A stretch of 64,000 bases of DNA from a candidate division FCPU426 bacterium (lineage in GTDB: Bacteria > Oederibacteriota > Muellerivitia > Muellerivitales > Muellerivitaceae), in the NCBI GenBank assembly GCA_963847625.1, contig CAWKAR010000034.1, positions 49,358 through 113,357 on the forward strand. The letters are read 5' to 3'. The position numbers and the translations under genes were made by a program. The notes under the pieces are model-generated. The model ran no database searches, had not been told where the DNA came from, and saw only the letters and a program-made list of their open reading frames with translations. Of this stretch, positions 54,376-62,484 are shown one piece after another (the stretch's first letter is position 1; each line of letters begins with the position of its first letter).

Positions 54376-55086
54376 TTAAAATTTAAAATTCATCCCTATC
54401 TGTAGTGGAAACAGGATGATGGGATTGTCGGAATACAACTCCCCTTTCGACGCGTTGCTTTCAACCGTCGTCTCGAAATCCATCGCCATTTTCACTTGCG
54501 CGAATAAATCCAAACCCCCCGCCAAATTGAACCCTAGGCCGATGCCTGGGTCCAATTCCATATTGGTCCAGCTCGTAACCGCGCTCGCCGGGGGCGCGGG
54601 GGTCATACTTAATGAATCCATCGCGATTCCGGCGCCCAGCAGGGCGAAGGGGTAAAATCCGGCCCCTATCGGGAAATCGTATTGGGCCACGATCTCCAGG
54701 GGATTGTGGGATAGGTTCGCGGAATAACCGGAAGGCATGTTTTTAAAGGAAAAATTCCCGATACCATATTCCAAGCTTAGGGAAAAGTTCCCGGGGAAAG
54801 AATATCCCGCTTGGATCTTGCCGCAGGATCCCGCGTTTAAATGCGAAACCGCGTCGCTGCTTGAGGGGAAAATTTCACCGCCCTGCAATTGGATAAATAC
54901 ACGCCCTTTTGGTTTTGGGGGGATGGGTTTCTTTTCCACGGTTTTAACCGCCACGGTTTTCTTTTTCTCGGGTTTAACGGACTTGGGTGGGCTCGAACTG
55001 TTATCACTTAAGGAATTCGAACTAATGCCATACGCTGCCGAAGACATGAGGACCAGTGCGGCGAAGCAACAAAACAATTTTTTCAT
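54376..55086 (-). CDS. Outer-membrane beta-barrel protein
   Basis: Signal peptide, amphipathic strands, C-terminal GMNFKF. Confidence 0.75.
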   Translation of the reverse strand: MKKLFCCFAALVLMSSAAYGISSNSLSDNSSSPPKSVKPEKKKTVAVKTVEKKPIPPKPKGRVFIQLQGGEIFPSSSDAVSHLNAGSCGKIQAGYSFPGNFSLSLEYGIGNFSFKNMPSGYSANLSHNPLEIVAQYDFPIGAGFYPFALLGAGIAMDSLSMTPAPPASAVTSWTNMELDPGIGLGFNLAGGLDLFAQVKMAMDFETTVESNASKGELYSDNPIILFPLQIGMNFKF

Positions 55087-55185
55087 ATTTTCGAACCTTC
55101 CATAAAGAATAGCTGAAAGCGGCCGGCCAATGGGGGCCGTTCATGGAAACAGCCTTTCGCCGAATTCAGCCCGGCCCCGTTTGCA

Positions 55186-55533
55186 TTATGAATGGGCTAG
55201 TCCCGTTAATTTACCGGCCATTTCATACAAAAGCCGTTTAGTTTGGGATGGATGGGTTTTCAACCCTTCCGCCCAATAGCCGACAGCGGCCGGTATGGGA
55301 TTTTTTCCCTGCTCCCATTTTTTAACCGTTTCGGGGCTCACTGCCATGATCCGCGCGAATTTGGGCTGGCTGACGTTAAGGATATTCCTTGCTTCCTTGA
55401 TGTCCTTCCCCGTTGTCCGTATCAGCAAATTTTCAACTTTCACCTTGGCTTTCCTGCCTTGCGCGTATTTCAAACCTTCGCGAAGGCTTGCCTTGAGTGA
55501 ATCCAGTTCTTTTGGTTTATTTTCGTTTTTCAC
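55186..55533 (-). CDS. XRE-HTH antitoxin (HigA-like)
   Basis: IKEARNILNVSQPKFA...TVKKWEQG..P; overlaps the toxin stop. Confidence 0.85.
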   Translation of the reverse strand: MKNENKPKELDSLKASLREGLKYAQGRKAKVKVENLLIRTTGKDIKEARNILNVSQPKFARIMAVSPETVKKWEQGKNPIPAAVGYWAEGLKTHPSQTKRLLYEMAGKLTGLAHS

Positions 55534-55925
55534 GATTTCCCTCCCCTGTCTTGGTAAGCCCTCTTAAAGGCATCCGCCATATCCTTTAAAACTTTCTTTT
55601 CATCCGCCGCAAGGCCGGATTTAAAACGGTGGTTATAAACGGTTTGAAGGTATATATCGTGTTGGACCCGGAAAAGAAGGTAGATGAACCTGAACCCCCC
55701 GCTCTTACCAATATTCCTGCTTGGGGAACCAGCCCTCCCTTTTATCCATCCACCAGTGCCTTTCATCTCGTCAAATTTCCCGGATTCAATCGCGGTCTTT
55801 ATACCCGCCCTCACTTCGTTGTGAAGCCCGGGCTCCAAACGCCGAAGGGTTTTAATGTCCTTCACGTATTGGGGGAGGAGAATCAACTTATAGTTGATCT
55901 CCGAGACCGCCATTTCTTCCATCAT
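55530..55925 (-). CDS. RelE/HigB-family toxin (start approximate)
   Basis: GTGG..K.R....GKSGGFRFIY motif; toxin-first gene order. Confidence 0.8.
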   Translation of the reverse strand: MMEEMAVSEINYKLILLPQYVKDIKTLRRLEPGLHNEVRAGIKTAIESGKFDEMKGTGGWIKGRAGSPSRNIGKSGGFRFIYLLFRVQHDIYLQTVYNHRFKSGLAADEKKVLKDMADAFKRAYQDRGGKS

Positions 55926-56051
55926 GGACCCCAAATCCGATATATGGTATTTAATACCATATGTGCTTTTTATTGTCAACGGGGCGAAAAGGGTTTAACC
56001 AAGTGGAAGCGCCGCTCCCGGCGGCAAGGGCCTTCCCGCCTTCCAATGGGT

Positions 56052-57983
56052 TTATTGCCCCGTGCCGCTTTGCGGCACCATCATCTCCAGCGTCATCCTG
56101 GGCGTCTTGGGGGACACCTTCGCGTCCCGGATCACGTAAACCTCATGCCTGCCCGGCTTGAGCGCGTCCATCCGGCGCACCATGTCGAGGGGTTTCAGCT
56201 GGCGGGCGCCGTCCCGGTCCACGCCCCATACCGCGTCGCTTAATTCCAAACCCGGCTTGTCCGCCGGGCTCCCTGCCCATAACGCCCCGACTTTCCCTTC
56301 GTTGTCGGGCACCAATCCCTGGTGAAGGTAAGGCAGGCCCGAGGGCGCGATGTTCTTGGCCCAATAGAGCAGGGCTGAAACCAGGCTGTTGAAATCCTCC
56401 CGGGAGGGACATACGATCTCGACGGCCTTTTCAAGGTTGGATGACACCAGCCCGCATTGGTACAGGATCTTTTCCTTGTTATTCGCGTATATCCGAATCT
56501 CGTCGCAATGGATGGCCTTCAGGTTATCCCAATCAAGCGACGCGGTTCCTTTATCCATGAATGCCAAGGATAGGGAGGTTGGGTTCGCGGTGGCCGATTC
56601 AACGGTAACGCTGTCATTCCCGTACCAGACGGAATACTTGTGGGAATCCTGTAGGAGGGCAAGCAGATTATCCGCCATCGTCGCGTCCATTCCCGCCACC
56701 GGGGGAAGGATGGGCTTGATGACGCAGTAACCGGGAATGGGAAATAATTCGTTGTCCCTTTGTAATTCGGTTTCGAGGGAAGGATTCCAAGCTACGGGCC
56801 CTAAAGGGCCCGAATTTTGAATTTCGAATGATGAATTATGAATTGCGGAAGGTTCAACGGGCGCGATTGCGCCCGAATTTTGAATTGAAGAAGATTCGTT
56901 ATTCGTACCCTCATTCGAACCTTTTGTGTTTGGGAACCGGCTGGAAATGAATTGGGTTGTTTTGTCCCAGAGAGTACTGGTCAATTTGTGAAAAGTGGCA
57001 TGGAAGCCGAAATAAAGGACGATGCCAGCAAGGATGATCAGGCTAACAACCTTTTTTACCGGCCTCCCCACGACAGACCAAGCTTCCTTGAATGGCCATT
57101 TAATCACAATCCAAATTACTTTGAAGAGCCATTTTATTAAGTGCCCAATCGCCTTGAAAATCCCAATTAAGATTTTGCGGCTGAGCACCCCCAAGTTTCT
57201 GGCCTCAAAGTCCTTCCGGGTGATATCAAAAAACCCTCCCAGGAACACCAAAATACTGTTCGTTGAGCCCTTGGACTTGGCATGAGCGGGCTTTTCTGGA
57301 TCAGGTTCCGCCTCTGGTTTAGCCACCTCTTGGCCGCTTGAGGCGCCACCTCGTAATACCTCAACCGCCAATCCAAGCTTTTCTCCTAGGGTCAGCGGTT
57401 TACCCCCCGCCCCCTGGACCGAGGCCACAAGCCGAGGTCCATGATTTGGGTGTGTTGGTTCCATAGGGGAACCAGCCTTGGCTTCTTCCAGCCGCTGGTC
57501 CAAAGCCATTTGGGCTTTTTCGGTCTTTTCTATAACCCCCGTTTTTTTATCGGAACGCGTCTTTCTTTTAACCTGTTTAGGATCAAAATCCTTGGCCGGT
57601 TTGCCGCTGATAACATGGTCCACCAGGGCATTGATTTGCAAAGTAACCAAGTCGTTTTTTATGGCGACATCCAATACTTCATGAACCACGCGAGGAAGGT
57701 CCGCGACATTTTCATCCAGTTTGGAAAGGACTTTGGCGTTATTAAAAGAAAGGGTAAAAGGGGGGTTACCCTCTGCCGCGTGGATGATCTTTTCGAGGGC
57801 TAATGGGTCTAAACAGTTGTTAAGGGCCAAAAGGAAAGTTGTTTTTGTCCGGTTTTTACCGAGGATAGGGGCTAACTTGCTAGCTACGGCTGAGGGGTCT
57901 TTTTTTAACTCGGCTTTTAGGTCATCAAGATCATCCAACCAAGCTAAAGATTCTGGTCTTTTACCGGCCATGGTAATCTCCAT
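56052..57983 (-). CDS. Hypothetical membrane protein with a C-terminal PDZ-like segment
   Basis: 643-aa ORF; central hydrophobic segment; GSPADKPGL...D.V..VD. Confidence 0.65.
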   Translation of the reverse strand: MEITMAGKRPESLAWLDDLDDLKAELKKDPSAVASKLAPILGKNRTKTTFLLALNNCLDPLALEKIIHAAEGNPPFTLSFNNAKVLSKLDENVADLPRVVHEVLDVAIKNDLVTLQINALVDHVISGKPAKDFDPKQVKRKTRSDKKTGVIEKTEKAQMALDQRLEEAKAGSPMEPTHPNHGPRLVASVQGAGGKPLTLGEKLGLAVEVLRGGASSGQEVAKPEAEPDPEKPAHAKSKGSTNSILVFLGGFFDITRKDFEARNLGVLSRKILIGIFKAIGHLIKWLFKVIWIVIKWPFKEAWSVVGRPVKKVVSLIILAGIVLYFGFHATFHKLTSTLWDKTTQFISSRFPNTKGSNEGTNNESSSIQNSGAIAPVEPSAIHNSSFEIQNSGPLGPVAWNPSLETELQRDNELFPIPGYCVIKPILPPVAGMDATMADNLLALLQDSHKYSVWYGNDSVTVESATANPTSLSLAFMDKGTASLDWDNLKAIHCDEIRIYANNKEKILYQCGLVSSNLEKAVEIVCPSREDFNSLVSALLYWAKNIAPSGLPYLHQGLVPDNEGKVGALWAGSPADKPGLELSDAVWGVDRDGARQLKPLDMVRRMDALKPGRHEVYVIRDAKVSPKTPRMTLEMMVPQSGTGQ

Positions 57984-58085
57984 GGGTTAAAAAATAGACT
58001 ACGGTTAATAAGCTTTAATTTATGGTAATAAATGGCAAAGCAACTGTTAACAAAAATAACATGGATTTTAAGGCGTAAAATAAGG

Positions 58086-58207
58086 TGTTCCCGGCTTAGC
58101 CGTTTTTGTTCCCGGCTTAAGTCCCCTGTTCCCGGCTTATCCCGGCTTTGTTCCCGGCTTAAGTCCCCTGTTCCCGGATTATCTCGGCTTTGTTCCCGGC
58201 TTAAGTC
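58086..58207. repeat. Left part of the 42-bp tandem repeat array
   Basis: TGTTCCCGGCTTAAGTCCCCTGTTCCCGG(C/A)TTATC(C/T)CGGCTT units. Confidence 0.9.
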
Positions 58208-58298
58208 TGGAGTGCGCCCTACCGGTTGGACAGTTCAGCTGAAAAATAGACAATAGGGAAACGGCTCAAGGGGTAGCCCCCCAAAGGAGCGTTTCCAG

Positions 58299-58646
58299 AT
58301 GGGTAAAATACGACGAAAATTCAGTGTTGATTTCAAACAACAGGTTCTCCGGGAAATAGAGGCTGGCCAGTCCCTGAATGGGGCCGCCCGCCAATATCAA
58401 ATCGACCCTAGCGTCATAAAACATTGGCGGGATAAATTTCGCCAAGGAACCCTCGTTGAAAAGCCTTCCGCCCGCGAAAAAGCCTTGGAGAAAGAAAATG
58501 AGAAGCTCAAGGCCAAAATCGGGGAAATGGTCATGGCCATGGACCTTTTAAAAAAATTCCAAAAATACGTGGAAAACCAGAAAAAGCTCGATACCTCCGT
58601 GATCACCGCGAAGAATTTGGCTCAATTTCAAAAGGATGTCGAATGA
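58299..58646 (+). CDS. IS3 transposase OrfA (HTH)
   Basis: RRKFSVDFK, AARQYQI, coiled coil LEKENEKLK. Confidence 0.9.
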   Translation: MGKIRRKFSVDFKQQVLREIEAGQSLNGAARQYQIDPSVIKHWRDKFRQGTLVEKPSAREKALEKENEKLKAKIGEMVMAMDLLKKFQKYVENQKKLDTSVITAKNLAQFQKDVE

Positions 58647-59488
58647 TGGAGATCCCTCGAAGCACCTATTATTCGGCCCTCAAGAGTTCACGGGAAACTC
58701 AGGAGCAAAAAGATCAATCCTTGAAGGACCTCATTGAGAAGGTGAGGCTGATTTTCCCCTATTACGGTTATCGGAAGCTCTACAAACACTTCTTACGGGA
58801 AGGATTAAGAATCAACGCTAAAAGAATTCGGCGAGTGGTAAGGAAATACGGCCTTTTCCCAATTTATTGGATGAAAAAGTTTAAAGTCCAAACCACCCAA
58901 TCCGACCACGACCTGCCGGTTTTTCCCAACCTCTTGAAAGGGTTGAAGGAAACTGCCATCAATCAAGTTTGGGTGGCGGATATTACTTATATTCGGATCC
59001 TCACTTGTTTTGTGTATCTGGCGGCCATCCTGGATCGTTTTTCCAGGAAGGTGATTGGTTGGGCGATTTCCAGGAGGTTGGATCGGGAGATTTCCCTTCA
59101 AGCCTTGAAAATGGCTTTGGAAGAAAGAAAACCACCCGAGGGCTGCATTCACCACTCGGATCGCGGGGTGCAGTATGCCTGTTGGGACTATGTGAGCCTT
59201 CTTCAAGCCAAGGGCTTGAGGGTCAGCATGTCCAGAACAGGCAACCCTTACGACAACGCACACGCGGAGTCATTTTTCAAGACATTGAAATACGAGGAGG
59301 TGCATCTTTTCAATTACGAAACGTTTGAGGAAGTGCTTCAACGGCTTCCTTACTTCATCGAGGAGGTGTATAACAAAAAACGGTTGCACTCTTCCCTCGG
59401 TTATCTGCCACCGGAGGAGTTTGAACGTCATGTGGTCTCAAGGCCACTGACTGAAATAGCCGTTAAACCTATTCTCAACTTAGAGTGA
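58643..59488 (+). CDS. IS3 transposase OrfB (DDE integrase core)
   Basis: YGYRK, WVADITYI, HHSDRGVQY, DNAHAESFFKTLKYE; ATGA overlap with OrfA. Confidence 0.95.
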   Translation: MMEIPRSTYYSALKSSRETQEQKDQSLKDLIEKVRLIFPYYGYRKLYKHFLREGLRINAKRIRRVVRKYGLFPIYWMKKFKVQTTQSDHDLPVFPNLLKGLKETAINQVWVADITYIRILTCFVYLAAILDRFSRKVIGWAISRRLDREISLQALKMALEERKPPEGCIHHSDRGVQYACWDYVSLLQAKGLRVSMSRTGNPYDNAHAESFFKTLKYEEVHLFNYETFEEVLQRLPYFIEEVYNKKRLHSSLGYLPPEEFERHVVSRPLTEIAVKPILNLE

Positions 59489-59518
59489 AACTGTCGCTGG
59501 TAAGGGCGCAGTCCAGTC

Positions 59519-60040
59519 CGCTGTTCCCGGGTTATCCCGGCCTGTTCCCGGCTTAAATCCCTTGTTCCCGGATTATCTCGGCTTGTTCCCGGCTTTAGCC
59601 CCCTGTTCTCGGGTTATCCCGGTTTTGTTCCCGGCTTAAGTCCCCTGTTCCCGGTTTATCCCGGCTTTGTTCCCGGCTTAAGTCCCCTGTTCCCGGCTTA
59701 TCCCGGTTTTGTTCCCGGCTCAAGTCCCCTGTTCCCGGTTTATCCCGGCTTTGTTCCCGGCTTAAGTCCCCTGTTCCCGGTTTATCCCGGCTTTGTTCCC
59801 GGCTTAAGTCCCCTGTTCCCGGTTTATCCCGGCTTGTTCCCGGCTTAAGTCCCCTGTTCCCGGCTTAAGTCCCTTGTTCCCGGATTATCTCGGCTTGTTC
59901 CCGGCTTTAGCCCCCTGTTCTCGGGTTATCCCGGTTTTGTTCCCGGCTTAAGTCCCCTGTTCCCGGTTTATCCCGGTCTCGTTTAATGGGTTATCTCCCC
60001 GTTTAATGGGTTAAGTCCCATTTAACGGATTATCCTGGTT
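59519..60040. repeat. Right part of the 42-bp tandem repeat array, degenerating into GTTTAATGGGTTA variants
   Basis: About 11 units of TGTTCCCGGCTTAAGTCCCCTGTTCCCGGTTTATCCCGGCTT. Confidence 0.92.
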
Positions 60041-60044
60041 CTGT

Positions 60045-60611
60045 TTATCGGGTTCGGTATAAGGCCCTGGTTTCCTCCAAATAACCGATCCTGCGTTTGG
60101 GTTTCTCGGGGACTTTCATCAGTTCCCTAATGGCGTCAAACACAGCCTGGAATTGGGCATCGTGGGATCCAACCTTTTTCTCCAAAGCCTCTAATTTTCG
60201 GGCCAAATCCTTATGAACCACTAAGGCTTCCCTTAGGCGTATAAACGCGCGCACGACGAAAACACTCATTCTCACTGCCTGTTTACTGTTTAGGACATTA
60301 GCCGCCATAATTGCCCCGTGTTCAGTAAAAACCCATGGCAATTTCCGTACCCCGCCGTGGCTTTTGTCTGCGATTAAACTTGAAGTCGCAAATTGCGACT
60401 TCAAGTTTGATGCCTCTTGATTTGTCATTTGAAACATGAAATCTTCAGGAAACCGGTCTTTATTACGTCTAACCTGTTCGTTCAAGCGTTTCGTCTGGAC
60501 TCCATAAATACGAGCTAAATCGGAATCCAATATGACTCGATGCCCACGAATAATGAAAATCAATCCCTCGACAACAGCCGGAACCTTATATTCAACCCGG
60601 TCTTCCGACAT
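60045..60611 (-). CDS. ORF6N-domain DNA-binding protein
   Basis: IRGHRVILDSDLARIYGVQTKRLNEQVRRNKDRFPEDFMFQ, FTEHGAIMAANVLNS, VVRAF; ATG at 60611 after GGAGG. Confidence 0.92.
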   Translation of the reverse strand: MSEDRVEYKVPAVVEGLIFIIRGHRVILDSDLARIYGVQTKRLNEQVRRNKDRFPEDFMFQMTNQEASNLKSQFATSSLIADKSHGGVRKLPWVFTEHGAIMAANVLNSKQAVRMSVFVVRAFIRLREALVVHKDLARKLEALEKKVGSHDAQFQAVFDAIRELMKVPEKPKRRIGYLEETRALYRTR

Positions 60612-60631
60612 AAATGCCTCCATACCTTGAT

Positions 60632-60756
60632 CTTGAAGTTACAATTTGTGATTTCAAGTTCGCTTTTCGATCCGGTCACAATTTGTGACCGGATCCTTTG
60701 TTTGAGGTCGCAATTTGCGACCTCAAACTTGATATTCCAATTTGGAATTTCAAGTT
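60632..60756. repeat. Array of four 27-31 bp palindromes with a CAATTTG core
   Basis: 60632-60658, 60669-60695, 60700-60728, 60726-60756; each resembles the palindrome inside the ORF6N gene at 60376-60408. Confidence 0.9.
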
Positions 60757-60840
60757 CTTGAGGCCCTTTCTTGCCCAAGTAAACTGGGTTTTCGGCCCCA
60801 ATGACCTGGTCAAAAATTGCTAATTTGTGGTTTGATTTCC

Positions 60841-60917
60841 GTGCCGATCATCCATAAAAACATAAGGAGATCGGTACAGTACCAGCCTCATTGTTAGTTT
60901 TATGGAAGGCTGGCACG
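60841..60917. repeat. Dispersed double-inverted-repeat element, copy 3 (diverged)
   Basis: GTGCCGATC..GATCGGTAC + GTACCAGCCT..AGGCTGGCAC. Confidence 0.65.
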
Positions 60918-61121
60918 CGTTTTGGAAATCCTCAATAATTCAAAATTCAGAATTTAAAATTGCCGTTCCAGTCATACGGTTAAGTGGCCAATTGGGGTAA
61001 TTTTAAAAGGGGGGGTTAAAAAAGTGCCATAAAAAAAGGCAGAAATTAGGAAAAAGGTTTCCTAAACCGTATTTTTGGCCCGAATAATGGAAGGAAAAAG
61101 GGGGGGATGGAATAAAGCAGA

Positions 61122-61451
61122 TTACTTCCCCTTATTTTTTTCCGGTGAAGCCGGAATTTTCTGGGCGATGGCCCTCAAGGGGTAGCCGAGGCCGTCGAAG
61201 ATCTTCTCGATCCGGACCCAGGTGGGGTTTCCCTTGCCCGAAAGCGTGAGGTATAGGTGCTGGCGGTTGAAGCCGGTTCGTTTGGCCAATTGGGTCATCC
61301 CTCCGGCCACCTTGGCGACGTTCCGGAGGGCCTGGAGAATCATCCGCTGGTCCTCATGGGCGAGCGCCTGGTTGAGATATTCCAGGCGAAAAGCCTCATC
61401 CCGGCTTAATTTCCGCAATAAAAGTTTCTGGTCAGAAACCGTCTTTTTCAT
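61122..61451 (-). CDS. Addiction-module antidote protein (HTH), no adjacent toxin
   Basis: EYLNQAL...ALRNVAK..GGMTQLAKRTG..RQHLY.TLS..GNPT. Confidence 0.85.
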   Translation of the reverse strand: MKKTVSDQKLLLRKLSRDEAFRLEYLNQALAHEDQRMILQALRNVAKVAGGMTQLAKRTGFNRQHLYLTLSGKGNPTWVRIEKIFDGLGYPLRAIAQKIPASPEKNKGK

Positions 61452-62484
61452 TCATGGCATCCTAACTTAGGTTGTCGGATATACACGACAACCTGTCATG
61501 AACCCACAAGGTGAATGACTGGCCTTGGTGGTGCCAATTGCAAATGACAATTGGCCAACATACCAGAGAGTGTTGTTTTTGGGAAGGTAGTTGATGAAGC
61601 CATAATGGAAGACATAGGTGGGGAAACAAAAGGCCCCTCATCAGGTTGTCGGATATACGCGACAACTTGTTCTGAGACCTCAGGCTCTTGCCACGAGGCC
61701 ACAAGCCGAGTGGCATGCTTTAGATGTGCCGGATCTAACGTTATTAAGATCCGGCGTCGAAGAACATGGTTATGTAGTGCCAATTGTTATAAACAATTGG
61801 CCAGCATAAGGAAAGACCAGAGGGATTGAACACCAAGGTCTAAAAAGCAAAGGATTAAAGACTTAGCGGACAAAACCCAGCGGAAGAGGCATGGAGGCTT
61901 GGGGAAATAGGTTTCCTTGGCCTTATTTATAGCCGGAAAACAGGATGGAAAAGGGGCCTGAACTAGGTTGGTTGAAAGAACTCAATTTAAAACATTGCGG
62001 TAAGTGGCCTTGCGATGAGGTACTCGAACCGTTCGGGCACACCAGCTTTTGCCAATAATCCCAGCGGTTCGAATGAGGCCGCGAATGAAGAACCTTCCGA
62101 AATTCATAATTCATCATTCAAAATTCAAAATTCGGGCCCTTCCGGGCCCGTTAGTTTGTTCCCCGAAAGATTTCTATGATGAACCAAGATCCTTAAAAAT
62201 AATTTGGAGTCGTCCCAGGGGAAAAAAAGGATGAGGTTTGATTGGTCCCGCCGAGCATCAGAGGGGATTTACCCACCAATCAACCACAAGTTGATTGGTG
62301 GTGGTTGGTCATGCCATTTGAAAAAACAAATGGTATTCGTGGGATTTGCCGATCACTTAACCACCAGTTAAGTGATAATGCTTGGCAATGCCAATTGAAA
62401 AACAATTGGTATAAAGCGGGGGGCCTCAGCGGCCTAAAGCGGAATATGTACCCTATCGCACGCTGTGGTGCGTGTGATCTGACC

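Larger units (their letters stand above)
58208..59515 (+). mobile_element. IS3-family insertion sequence (1308 bp)
   Basis: Ends TGGAGTGCGCCCT / AGGGCGCAGTCCA (TG...CA); GTC duplicated at 58205-58207 and 59516-59518. Confidence 0.92.

Noticed and set aside
58032..58256. ORF with CSRLKSPVPGLSRL repeats
   Set aside because: Translation of the DNA tandem repeat running into the IS end; unit-length variants in the array break the frame.
58086..60040. Possible CRISPR array
   Set aside because: Units are contiguous with no unique spacers, and no cas genes are in the window.
60540..60778. Short ORFs on both strands over the palindrome array
   Set aside because: They overlap the ORF6N start and have no clear RBS; treated as a by-product of the array, although the + frame is informative.
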